IMG/VR virus record: IMGVR_UViG_3300033149_005620
Location: 1 to 56,561 of that record
Origin: a virus
Lineage: Duplodnaviria; Caudoviricetes
Length of the DNA stretch: 56,561 nucleotides
Reading direction: 5' to 3' (one strand)
Shown: piece by piece, positions 44,101-51,722 of the stretch
Numbering within the stretch: the stretch's first letter is position 1
Layout of the letters: every line of letters starts with the position of its first letter
The notes under the pieces: generated by a model
The model's input: the letters and a program-made list of their open reading frames with translations, nothing else
What the model was told of the DNA's origin: nothing
Database searches by the model: none
Translations under genes and position numbers: made by a program

Positions 44101-47088
44101 TAGGGCTTGTTCAACAACTGGGGGTTCTGGCTTTACTGCTTCGTCGAAAAGACGCCAGATTTCCTCAAGTTCTTCAATACTCGCAGCTTTAATCTCGTCA
44201 CGTTCATTCGCCGCAAGGTAGGCTTCAAGCTCTCGCGCAGCTCCTTCGAGATCGGCGGGTGTGTATTCTTGTCCTCCGGCATCCCATTCCTCCTTGATTT
44301 TAACCTTAAGGCGGGCCAGCTCCCTCTCGTACTCTTGCTCTAACTTATCTTCCTCTTCTTTTACGACGGTGTCAACATCTTCCTGGGCACCAGCCTTTGT
44401 TATTTTGGTCGTAATGTTTTGCTCTAGGGCCTGCATGAAGTCGTCTTCTGTAGCCGCTGTGGGAAGCCACCCGGCCTCAATAGCGTCATGGGTCCGCTCA
44501 TCCACGCCTCTTGCCTTGCGATTCCAAATGCCAACTGGCCAGCCCGGCGCTGGAACTTTTTTGCCGGCGGCATTCATTGTATAGCGCATGTCTCGGATTT
44601 CGCCACGCCAGGTCTTGTCCTGGGGATTAATGCCCCCTGTGAGGGCGACCCATTGCCGAAAGGTCTTGGCTTTAGCTGCGCGCTGCGCCCTCTTTTTCTG
44701 CTGCTCCCGCTTCCTCTGCTCTCGGACAGCTGCGGCGACTTCTTCAGTTAGCGGCTTGATCTCTTTGCTGCCGGCCCACATCTCTTTCCCGGTTTTATCA
44801 ATCAAGCCAGTGTCAATAACATCTTCTGGCTTTACGCCAAATTCGCCGAGCATCAGGGCGTGAACGGGTTGCCTGGATTCGTAGATCGTCTGATCTGAGG
44901 TCTTTATAAGCAGGTTGCCGGCAGCCCCCCGTGTAGCGTCCTTTGCTACCTTGCGCTTTTCTTTAAGACCCAGGGGCGCCGACGAGTCTCCCGTCCTAAT
45001 CCAATCTTTGAATTGATTGACGGTCATTTCCGTGATCGCCCCCAGGCCCTTCCAATCCTTGGTGTAGCTGCGGAGGTAGGCCGTCTTGGCCATCTTCTTC
45101 GTAGGGAAACCGACCATCGCTTTGTGTTCGTCAAACAGGCCGGTCTCTGGGTCAACCTGGTCTATCACGAATACCCTGTTGGTTTCAGGGCGCGGGCCGA
45201 TAAAGACATCTACCTGATCGCCGTCTTTGCCCTCTGTGCGCCTGATGTAGCCATAGTGGGCCGCGACCTTTGATTTCCACTTTTTCCCTTGCTTGTCTAC
45301 GCCCTCCCTTATCGAACCTTTTGGATTCTCAATGGAGATATCCATCCCCTGTATATTGATATGACCCTTCTTGTAATTGCCAGCTTCCTTCTGCGCCTCG
45401 GTAGGGGCAGGCTCGGCTTCCTGTGCCGCCTCGTCGACTTCCTCCGGTGGGGGGGACGGCTTTTCCACCTTCTCTTCGGCGGGAGAGACCTCGACAGTTT
45501 CTCCCTCGTCCAGCTTCACTGTCAGCTTTTCCTCCCCAGATGTTTCCGCTGGCGCGACCCTGAGGACCTCGCCGGCGCCCTCCGGCGTTTCTACTCTGTC
45601 TCCTTTCTGATATTCCTCCTCGACGCGGACCGCTTCTTCCGTTGGGCGTGTCGGCTGCGGGCCTTGAAATACTCCACCTGCTCCAGCCTCTCCTCGGCCT
45701 CTTCCCTCGTGGGGTACGGGCCGCCGAGCCTCCTCCTCTTTCCGTCCTTGCCTTTGTGCTCGCTCACGACGTAATATCCTTTCTTCCTCTTTACGATCAC
45801 GGGGCACCTCCTGTTGCAAGATTTCGGTATACTCTTTTTCAGCCTCTTCTATGAGCTCGCTCAGGTCTTTCGGGGCCTCTAGGGGCTTGGTTGCCTTCTC
45901 AGGTTTAAGGCGCTTTTGAAGCCTGGTTTCCGCCACCGATGCAGCACCACCGAAGACGGCCCCCATCATGGAGCCGACTTTCAGTGACTTTTCAGCTTTG
46001 GCAAGTGCTTTGTCCCACCACTGCTTTTGGCTGACTCGATCGAGAAATTCTCTGACATCTTTGCTCGCCGCATATTCGGACGATAGCTCGCCGACGACTT
46101 CCTGCATTCCCTCTGTGAGACCTTCGCCACCTGTACTGGCCATTAGGCGGACTGCAGCACCTACCAGGCGGTGCTTCACGCTCTTCACTGGCCCGCGAAG
46201 GAATGGCATTTTCCCAGCAATCGCCTCCAGGCCAAGGACATCAAGTGCAGAGTTGACGGTGCCGCCTATCCAGGAAATCCTCTCCGCTGTTTTTTCGTCG
46301 GCACCCTTTGCTAGCGCAAGGTCCTTCACCTCGTCTTTATTCAGGTGCCAGAAATAAGAGGCTGCGAGTGGAAACCCCACATAGGGGATGAATCTCATGC
46401 CCAGAGCCATGGCTGTCGGGCCAGCGGAACCCAGTGCCTCAGTCCATATACTTTCCCGCCCTTGCTCGGACGCCTTCTTGAATTCCCGGATATCCGGATC
46501 CGCTTCAGCCCGCTTATCGTAGAACTCAGCCACATTGCGGGCGGTCTCTCCCATGCCTATGGTGCGCGGCAGCGCAGAAAGCCCAGACAGCGCGTCATAG
46601 ACTGTCATCTTGGCGGCACCCCACGGATGATACTCGGTTTCCGTGCCTTGCAATGTGGCTTGGGCCTCTTCTGCTGCCTGCGCAATGAGGGCATTGATCG
46701 CCTCTTTTTTCGGCGGTACAGGGTGTCCGGGAAGCTTGAATTGGTCGGGCCACATGTAATGACCAGAGTAAAACTGGATTGCTTCTTCTCTCGACATGGG
46801 GCGGCCAGTCCGTTCCCCTGTAATTGCTTGTTGGATATCCTCCTCTTTAACCTCTTTGGGTAGATCGTCCCACATAATCGGTTTCACGCCAGCCCTGTAG
46901 GCAGAGCGATAGTCGTAATGGTGGGCAGGATTTTCAGGGTTTGTTACTGCGTATTGAAGGAGGTAATTTTGGTAGTCTTTTTCTTCGGTTGAGGGGCTAG
47001 CTGCAGTAGTAAGGGCGTTGGCTTTTACGCCCGTAACGGCTTGTGCTTCCCGTTCGGCGCTTTGAATGAGGGCATTGAGGTTGGGCAA
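38128..47088 (-). CDS. Giant polyvalent virion/ejection protein (~2,990 aa)
   Basis: Inorganic-pyrophosphatase-like domain (AGNYKKGHI...HYGYIRRTEGKDGDQVDVF...FDEHK), JAB/RadC domain (LVHNHPTGDPKPGKED), zincin YHEYMH, helical C-terminal region. Likely TTG start at 47088 after GAGGAG. Confidence 0.85.
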   Translation of the reverse strand: MPNLNALIQSAEREAQAVTGVKANALTTAASPSTEEKDYQNYLLQYAVTNPENPAHHYDYRSAYRAGVKPIMWDDLPKEVKEEDIQQAITGERTGRPMSREEAIQFYSGHYMWPDQFKLPGHPVPPKKEAINALIAQAAEEAQATLQGTETEYHPWGAAKMTVYDALSGLSALPRTIGMGETARNVAEFYDKRAEADPDIREFKKASEQGRESIWTEALGSAGPTAMALGMRFIPYVGFPLAASYFWHLNKDEVKDLALAKGADEKTAERISWIGGTVNSALDVLGLEAIAGKMPFLRGPVKSVKHRLVGAAVRLMASTGGEGLTEGMQEVVGELSSEYAASKDVREFLDRVSQKQWWDKALAKAEKSLKVGSMMGAVFGGAASVAETRLQKRLKPEKATKPLEAPKDLSELIEEAEKEYTEILQQEVPRDRKEEERILRRERAQRQGRKEEEARRPVPHEGRGRGEAGAGGVFQGPQPTRPTEEAVRVEEEYQKGDRVETPEGAGEVLRVAPAETSGEEKLTVKLDEGETVEVSPAEEKVEKPSPPPEEVDEAAQEAEPAPTEAQKEAGNYKKGHINIQGMDISIENPKGSIREGVDKQGKKWKSKVAAHYGYIRRTEGKDGDQVDVFIGPRPETNRVFVIDQVDPETGLFDEHKAMVGFPTKKMAKTAYLRSYTKDWKGLGAITEMTVNQFKDWIRTGDSSAPLGLKEKRKVAKDATRGAAGNLLIKTSDQTIYESRQPVHALMLGEFGVKPEDVIDTGLIDKTGKEMWAGSKEIKPLTEEVAAAVREQRKREQQKKRAQRAAKAKTFRQWVALTGGINPQDKTWRGEIRDMRYTMNAAGKKVPAPGWPVGIWNRKARGVDERTHDAIEAGWLPTAATEDDFMQALEQNITTKITKAGAQEDVDTVVKEEEDKLEQEYERELARLKVKIKEEWDAGGQEYTPADLEGAARELEAYLAANERDEIKAASIEELEEIWRLFDEAVKPEPPVVEQALDEAWKEISQEDQDWLDKELGLKPAEEKQAERPPARKSPPESKSIDDAIGWVHAVQQSVWDPTEKKWHYTPREKIIRAIEKAKKAGARVERLPGTGRESAETWKLYDDEKGLVYVLQREPNGRTTWTSRRIPPSASKKSYEDIVKQLEAKGFYGTIDRLKRGLITLDEAHKELLGARLKIKVVPLNPEEFAAELKAKGVGRQESWSHWIRKTGLKPGMDAKDWYKIYDSVTLSKLEAAQKPKEVEKAQPREKAARPALELKPTEPTPQERVELLRAKGEIEKPIKAYREGDREIIKLPDGRKLIRGRDSEGRIYYEVEGSWEGLKELGFDPETFTIDQAKAARVFQQYLKPKAAIPKEKVKPPTTGKQKSLLAPEKGETLDIFERGVDKIGESGAQYIYAPTTPQEQYSLFDFKPAERQEDRKVPPRRRVRVSTTGRIRAAGELVSGPEDVAALLAFLRKSPQEFLYTVTTDKEGGILEIHKYAKGHSAGAIANPVELAGRILNIPGASEAYLVHNHPTGDPKPGKEDYQITSSVRSLLEAGDVELTSLILGGTEYVEMRPGEVAETTRKIRPRIRKISLPVKERSLLLGGAPQTRIVDSEDALKALKEQFNNDDGVMLLDRKNRVLAFVPFIKGRSMKQTTADVLRIAEATNASGMIVNNSVLTQARSDYVNALWNGIEGLTIVDVFWEAQSWASRQGRGKGPTKYATLLSETKLALRGEQPYRLSPRQFRNIKRTAKLVHSWLEKAGAPPEVLERIDVELKPIISLSGKNIAKSVKEWQEQGMGIRQIFGATTFDDYRAIMELALSLQNLKGLERTTYHEYMHVAQRWLLTKSDAEHLIKYFGSEEAAADAFAEFMVNRSSLKDKPNMIRAIMMRLRRYLQIIRNGLKGQGFTRPEDIWGKMVTGQYVPHFGAPEIEETTTAFSLAEPPGKEAEVEPRIVPTKHFSGTFDDWNRHVIETWEKYGGRKGTFQAEEKKYEQGFSRGSLGPLRTLGEIWKNRKAGWKAQKPDTTVLDRLISVPAHHFEKVPALRRMYEAALARPDTYYEYLNLLTKNSKGEYLTKKLEDFRKRHKQDYAKVKAYLVNRDRNQIGYRVEKDEGSDLWKLRKPNGQLVGSYDSEAKAWGAAVQMEAQDLRKRGFPDQAVDAVVSFRLIMHKGFNILSASMREIISQYEESGTALPSVAVRLDNKRVEVDLKTALAMMGDMRGYYFPRIRRPGRFVLYAEKKGENPIMEFFDTKTLLAKRHTELQRKGYTVTKDLSPKMPEDVFEMAGQVIAMQAQINQALERIHARGLSLEDFNLQWTDRMVRPGLRDFVITGPTSKRMTRVFKELGGKFYSAYEGEPRAWHFYNPGPNFDKKVAKALANSVGIVDQEVQVLFAKAMAEQVANIIKGRGHRAHMIQRQMAKGKDVWIGYEEDPAIAAAKYASGLAAGEAKRIAALDMVRAFTGTDITWQQYKTLEGEDATYEEWLNMVEDRRVNPTKQPNAFREGKAYLQDVLRNEEWIDRFVGTVKGVAVLKYLGGRISAPLVNLTAMVTSVPAAMEGIAGIPIHKTFRLIGNASRLYGHYKFGDKDKLPQHVKDLFEEIEQKGWHKSQYNREALSVLESKLGRGWNRAIEWAMLGFGATEQLNRVSTIAGTYLGLKLQTPQGSFNHDEALRIAKEVSDKAHGVYGKANIPYLARGANPAAQIARMFYVFRTFSHNYLLTMKRVWGPGWKPEHAKAFSWMLLSPAVLAGTGATVSTPIITAIAQALGIGGEDPEEKFYDWLNRNFGEYAERFGRFGAFGLAGVSLKGSLQIGITDIPTTIPEILGAPGSVISETFYRGPQSILRGDVLKGIENELPLFMAGIVKAYRETTEGVTTRNNAPVFWGNEPLLPETIDALYRALSFNPARIAGIREKQWKERRIEQKYREMRTDIYAKIKRFYLRPLSERSKADWLDIIAEIQDYNEAVRAHGLERLAPLITRKSIRNNIRRAFRPPKRERLRQAMP
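45591..45800 (-). CDS. Nested out-of-frame small gene inside the giant gene
   Basis: CAGGAGGTG RBS just upstream of GTG; MIVKRKKGYYVVSEHKGKDGKRRRLGGPYPTREEAEERLEQVEYFK. Confidence 0.55.
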   Translation of the reverse strand: MIVKRKKGYYVVSEHKGKDGKRRRLGGPYPTREEAEERLEQVEYFKARSRHAQRKKRSASRRNIRKETE

Positions 47089-47090
47089 TT

Positions 47091-48623
47091 TTACTTCTCC
47101 TCGCTTCTGAGTCCGGCTGTTCCAGGAATCCTTATGCCCAAGAGGGCATTGCCAGCCCAATTCAAGCCTTTCCAATAGGTCTTGAAGGCCTCCCGGAGGT
47201 ATTGCTCAGTCCACTTATCCGCCTTCCGCACCTTCTTGAAGAACTTCTTGAATGAGTCGAAGTCCACCACCTTTTCATCTTCCGGTAAAAGTGGGAGGTA
47301 CTCTGCCGCTACTGCGCCAGCGCGCTCGGGACTCATGCCCGATACAAGCCGTTTCCCAATCTCTTTTGCCGCCTCAGCAATTGTCAGGTTCTGGGTTGCC
47401 TCCTTGCGCAGTTCCTGGCGTATGGCGTTGACTTCTGGCGAAACCGGAGGGGGACCCTCAATCTGCTGGGCATTAAGGGCATCCCTAAAACGCTCTTGCG
47501 CTTCCGGGTTCTGCTTGAAGTAAGCTTCTGTTGCAGCCCGAACCTTGGGAAGACTCATAGGGTCAACGCCCTGTTTGAGTAGCTCGGCATGGATAGCGAC
47601 AAGCTTGGAAAACAATGAGCCAGCAGTCGGTTGGGTCGGCGCCGCAGGTGCCGTTGCTCTTGGAGCCTCCGGTAATGCTGATGGCGTTATAGGCGCTCCA
47701 CGAGGGGCTATTCCTGTAGGTTGAGCTAAAGCGTTGGTTGGTCTTTGGCCGCGGATTTGGTCTATCTGTTTCATGGTTTCTTCGAGGCGTCGAGTTGCGG
47801 CCGCTGCCTGTTCTGGAGGCACAACAGGGTTGCCCTGAAGATCCTTTTCTCCCATGCGGTACGCCTGTATTATTTCAATCTCTGCTTTTGCCTTCTCTTC
47901 GAGCAAGTTCAGCCTGCTCTTTTGCGCCGGGGTCAATCCAGGCTGCTCGTATTTTGCCCTGATTCTCTGCTTGGCTTCCTCAAGGTCAAGCAACTCTTCC
48001 TTGGTGGAGGGCTCCCACTTCTTCCTCTTTCCAATTCGTTCATCATAGGTCTGGTACCGCACCGGATCTTCTGCTTTCTTCGCCCGAGCCTCCGCCTTGG
48101 GAAGGTTATAAACCCTCCGCTCAGCCGTGTCGTATAAGGGCTCAATTTCCCCAGCTTTACCGAACTTGATACCGACATTATGTGCAGCTGCGAAATCAAA
48201 GAATCTGGCTTGGTATTCCGGGTTCTGGTGAATTTGGGGCAAATACTGCCTGAGTTCCTCCATCACGGTCTTGACGTCTTGGGGGTCCCCAATTACCTCG
48301 GTGCCATCAGCAAAGGTGTAGTGGCGGTCGTTTTTATCTATACGCCACGTTTCAGCTGGAGGGTCTGAATCTGGCTCCAAAGCCTTGAAGGCCTTGTCAG
48401 CAAGGTCCTTGTTCCCGGTTTTCTCATAGGTGTCAATGTAAGCGTTAAAGGCATCCAGACTTCGTTTCGCCTTCTCGTATTCCTCTGCTCTGCCTACGTC
48501 CCTCAAATCTCGCTCCGCCAATGCCTGCCTCGTCTGGAGGTATTTCAGGCTTAAAGCGTTTTGCATTGACTTGCCTATTGAGGGGACAGGCGGCGGATTC
48601 ACTAAAAAATTAGCCATTTTCAT
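47091..48623 (-). CDS. Putative DNA ejection/internal virion protein
   Basis: Helical Ala/Gln/Pro-rich protein between the pilot gene and the giant gene. Confidence 0.6.
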   Translation of the reverse strand: MKMANFLVNPPPVPSIGKSMQNALSLKYLQTRQALAERDLRDVGRAEEYEKAKRSLDAFNAYIDTYEKTGNKDLADKAFKALEPDSDPPAETWRIDKNDRHYTFADGTEVIGDPQDVKTVMEELRQYLPQIHQNPEYQARFFDFAAAHNVGIKFGKAGEIEPLYDTAERRVYNLPKAEARAKKAEDPVRYQTYDERIGKRKKWEPSTKEELLDLEEAKQRIRAKYEQPGLTPAQKSRLNLLEEKAKAEIEIIQAYRMGEKDLQGNPVVPPEQAAAATRRLEETMKQIDQIRGQRPTNALAQPTGIAPRGAPITPSALPEAPRATAPAAPTQPTAGSLFSKLVAIHAELLKQGVDPMSLPKVRAATEAYFKQNPEAQERFRDALNAQQIEGPPPVSPEVNAIRQELRKEATQNLTIAEAAKEIGKRLVSGMSPERAGAVAAEYLPLLPEDEKVVDFDSFKKFFKKVRKADKWTEQYLREAFKTYWKGLNWAGNALLGIRIPGTAGLRSEEK

Positions 48624-48630
48624 TCCCCCG

Positions 48631-49272
48631 TCAATTTAGTATTCCCGCTTTCTTTAGAATCGCGTAATCAAGAAGGTTTTGCCCTATGCCAGCTGCGGTT
48701 CCTCCCCAGATATTGGCTTGATTAGCGTAGCCGGAAGCCCTTGCCTGGCCGCCTGTGATCAGGGCGTTTCCAATGTTCCCGCCAGCGACTAGAGCGTTCT
48801 CGCCCATTTGAGCAGCCGATGTCTGACCGACACCAGCAAGGCTCTGATATGGGGTAAGGCTTTTGTACCAGCGGTTGAGGAAATTGTCGTACCGAGTGGA
48901 GGCGTAGTCTTCTGCGTAACGAGTGAGCTCCTTGAGGGTCCTGCCACTATCAACACCGCCTCGCGCCGAGGCTCGCCTCATAAGCGGCTTTTCGACGAAC
49001 TCCCTGTAGCCGAACTTGAATCCGGGTTCCTCCTCCGGCACAAATTCACCCGGGCCAGCCTCAATTCTTCCTTCGAGAGCACTCAGGGCTCGTTTCCCGG
49101 CTTCGCGCCAGGGAGCCAGGTCCTCCCTGCTGGTGTAAAACATTTCGCGTTGTACTTCTGCGGCGCGGTCTGTGGCGGCAGCCGCCGTACTGGCAGCCTT
49201 AGATGCCCCACCGGAGCTGATTAAGGCTCCGCCCAATGTGGCCGCAGCTACTCCTAAAATTGCACCTAACAT
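48631..49272 (-). CDS. DNA transfer/pilot protein (P22 gp7-like)
   Basis: Gly/Ala-rich hydrophobic N-terminus, DLAPWREAG, PGFKF, SGRTLKELTRYAEDYAS, GQARASGY. Confidence 0.75.
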   Translation of the reverse strand: MLGAILGVAAATLGGALISSGGASKAASTAAAATDRAAEVQREMFYTSREDLAPWREAGKRALSALEGRIEAGPGEFVPEEEPGFKFGYREFVEKPLMRRASARGGVDSGRTLKELTRYAEDYASTRYDNFLNRWYKSLTPYQSLAGVGQTSAAQMGENALVAGGNIGNALITGGQARASGYANQANIWGGTAAGIGQNLLDYAILKKAGILN

Positions 49273-49302
49273 TTTTTCGTCTCCTCTCTATGTCTCTCCA
49301 GG

Positions 49303-49899
49303 TTAGATGAGTTTGGAGATTGCGTTCATCAAGGGGTTATCCGGCCTGTTCTCACCTTTCTTGTCCCACGCGGACCTCACGACCGAGTAGCCGAGATATG
49401 CGGAACCAAAGGTGGAAAAAAGAAACCCACCTATCCATTTCAAGAAGCCCGCAAATTCGGCGATCGCCGCCATCCCAGCCACGTTAGCGGCTAGGAGGGC
49501 GAGTGGGGCAAAAAGCACGTATCCAGCTGTGAGCTTGAACAGGTCTCTCAGTATCTTCGGTCGGGTCTCCGCTCGAAATTTATTGGTGCTTGCCGCATCT
49601 TGGGCCTCAATCTGGGCATAGGTCTCCCATTTTTTCTGCTCGTGCTGGTAATCGAGCTCCCTCTCTTTGAGCGTGTATTCCCTGATCTTCTCCTCGTGCT
49701 GATACATGATTGTCTTCAGCTGTATCTGCCGCTCTATGGGAACAGCGCCCTTGGAGATAGCCCCCAAGATGTCTCCCGCGAGCTTCCCCGCCTCCTCCAC
49801 TGAATCGGGGGCTTTCTTGCCGAACAGGCTCGCGACTGAGCTCCATATCTCTGGCAGCTTGGGCAGGAGTGAGAGCCCTGCCGCTATCAATGGTGTCAT
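49303..49899 (-). CDS. Putative holin
   Basis: Amphipathic N-terminus, RP motif, two transmembrane segments and YLGYSVVRSAWDK; next to the lysin. Confidence 0.65.
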   Translation of the reverse strand: MTPLIAAGLSLLPKLPEIWSSVASLFGKKAPDSVEEAGKLAGDILGAISKGAVPIERQIQLKTIMYQHEEKIREYTLKERELDYQHEQKKWETYAQIEAQDAASTNKFRAETRPKILRDLFKLTAGYVLFAPLALLAANVAGMAAIAEFAGFLKWIGGFLFSTFGSAYLGYSVVRSAWDKKGENRPDNPLMNAISKLI

Positions 49900-50522
49900 T
49901 TGAAACCCCCTTCCTTTGCTTTCAGAAACGGGTCCAGGTAACCCTTCAGGCTATGGCTATCGCGGATCGGGCGTACCTTGATGTACGCGTTCTGTTTGAT
50001 GGCGTCCGCACCCGTGAGCGTGTGACTTCCGCCACCGCTAGATCCGATGGTGAGGCCGTTGCCGATGCAGATTTCCACATGGGTTACTCTGCCCTTTTCA
50101 TTTTTCCAAAATACGAGGCAGCCTGGTTCGACGTCCTGGACTTTGCAATCCTCAAATCGATCCCAGAGCCCCTGCGCTGTCCAATCACCCACGCGCGGAA
50201 GGACACCCGCGGATTTCAAACATTCAATGACGAAACCAGAACAGTCAAATCCCTGCAATGGGTCGTCACCGCCCCAAATGTATGGTCGTCCAAGGAAGCT
50301 CCAAGCGACCCGCAGGGCTACCCGACGCAAAGCGATTACCTTGCTCGCAGAGTCATTCCGGTAGCACGTTTTACATGCCCCCTCTATCCGCTTGAGGGAC
50401 GCCAGAATGAGAGCCCAATCCTGATCCTCAATCGCCCTCTGCCTCCGGTAGGCCTTCAAAGTGCGATAAATTGTCATGGTGCCATTGAGGATGTCGTGGC
50501 TTTCAGCATTCACTGCTGTCAC
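49896..50522 (-). CDS. NlpC/P60 peptidase (endolysin)
   Basis: FLGRPYIWGGDDPLQGFDCSGFV...GCLVFW...THVEI. Confidence 0.88.
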   Translation of the reverse strand: MTAVNAESHDILNGTMTIYRTLKAYRRQRAIEDQDWALILASLKRIEGACKTCYRNDSASKVIALRRVALRVAWSFLGRPYIWGGDDPLQGFDCSGFVIECLKSAGVLPRVGDWTAQGLWDRFEDCKVQDVEPGCLVFWKNEKGRVTHVEICIGNGLTIGSSGGGSHTLTGADAIKQNAYIKVRPIRDSHSLKGYLDPFLKAKEGGFK

Positions 50523-50833
50523 TCCTCTTGGAAGCGAACTATTTTCGCGCCGCTCAATTTGCCCCTCATAAAGGCTACATCTTCTGAGATCTTCTTTGTT
50601 GTTTCAAAGAGCTTCGAGATTTGGTCATCGTGGGTCCTGACCCTCTCTGCTGTGCTGATGACCGTCGCCTTGCAGCTGTCCTCAGGGCAGTGAGCGCGGT
50701 TAGCGGTGTTCTGCCTTGAATTGGCGCCTGAACTACTCGACCTCGACCGAAAGAAATTTATTACTCGCAAAGCTGCATAACCTCCCAATAGTAGCCCTCC
50801 GCACACATTTGCAATTGACTGGGCGTCCATCAC
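50519..50833 (-). CDS. Small membrane protein (lysis cassette)
   Basis: From (V)MDAQSIANVCGGLLLGGYAALRVINFF: one membrane helix plus coiled coil. Confidence 0.55.
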   Translation of the reverse strand: MMDAQSIANVCGGLLLGGYAALRVINFFRSRSSSSGANSRQNTANRAHCPEDSCKATVISTAERVRTHDDQISKLFETTKKISEDVAFMRGKLSGAKIVRFQEE

Positions 50834-51165
50834 ACGTTTTCCATTACGTCCAGCATTACGGACAGTTGATCGGCGACAGAGGGATGGAAGTAAATCTTGT
50901 CTCCTGCATCCAGGACCTGGCCCGTAACTTCTGGGCACTCGTAGGTCTCTTTGCTCCCCAGTGCCTTGTCGTTAAGGATAAGGTACTCATCACCTACGCT
51001 TTGCCCGGACGGCACCTTGTACGCCTTGAAAGTGATCGCGCTTGTTGTGTCATTGCAGGCTGTGCACTTGACGATTCTGGCCTGGGTATTTGCTGGGCAT
51101 GCATAGAGCTCGGTTGCGGCCGCCCCGGGCTGCCCTGCATAGGCGTTTTTAAATACGAGCGACAT
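50830..51165 (-). CDS. Small virion protein
   Basis: Beta-rich, ELYACPANT...QVLDAGDKI; GAGGAGG RBS. Confidence 0.65.
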   Translation of the reverse strand: MSLVFKNAYAGQPGAAATELYACPANTQARIVKCTACNDTTSAITFKAYKVPSGQSVGDEYLILNDKALGSKETYECPEVTGQVLDAGDKIYFHPSVADQLSVMLDVMENV

Positions 51166-51179
51166 GACTAGGTCCTCCT

Positions 51180-51719
51180 CTATGCGGTACGTTTAAATAG
51201 ATAGATTGTGCCTACGACAGTGATTTCGCTTGTTGTGGCATCAATCGTTACCAGCTCCATGCTTTCACCAAAGGCCTCCCAAGTTCCGTACCCAAGGCTA
51301 TCTTTCGGGTCGGCATTGACTGTACTGACAAACACGGAGCCGACTGGCCAAGGGTCCGGCCGCTGGGCTTGGGGTTGATACAACCCAAGGGCGGCTGCCA
51401 GCCTAGCGTCGTCTATCTCCGCCTGAAAGTCTCTGTTTGCGGTTGGGTTTTCGGAGGCTTTATATAGATCAAGCGCTGCAGCTAGTGTGGCTTCGTTAAT
51501 AGATTTCTGGTAACCCTTGGCGTGAAGCAGCTCTAACTTTAGCTCAACTTCCTTAAGCCTCTTGTCGTAGTCCTTGTAGGGCTGATAAGTTGCCCCGACC
51601 TCCGAAATTGCGTCAACCTTGTCAACGCTGTCTGCCAGCTCCAGCGCCCAGTTGAAAATCGGTCTTCCTAGTTGCGCGAGGGCTCGTTCTACCGCCTTGG
51701 TTAGACGCCTAGCTCCCAT
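51180..51719 (-). CDS. Tail-associated protein
   Basis: C-terminal WPVGSVFVST...PKDSLGYGTWEAF...YLFKRTA, typical of tail/baseplate domains. Confidence 0.6.
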   Translation of the reverse strand: MGARRLTKAVERALAQLGRPIFNWALELADSVDKVDAISEVGATYQPYKDYDKRLKEVELKLELLHAKGYQKSINEATLAAALDLYKASENPTANRDFQAEIDDARLAAALGLYQPQAQRPDPWPVGSVFVSTVNADPKDSLGYGTWEAFGESMELVTIDATTSEITVVGTIYLFKRTA

Positions 51720-51722
51720 GAA

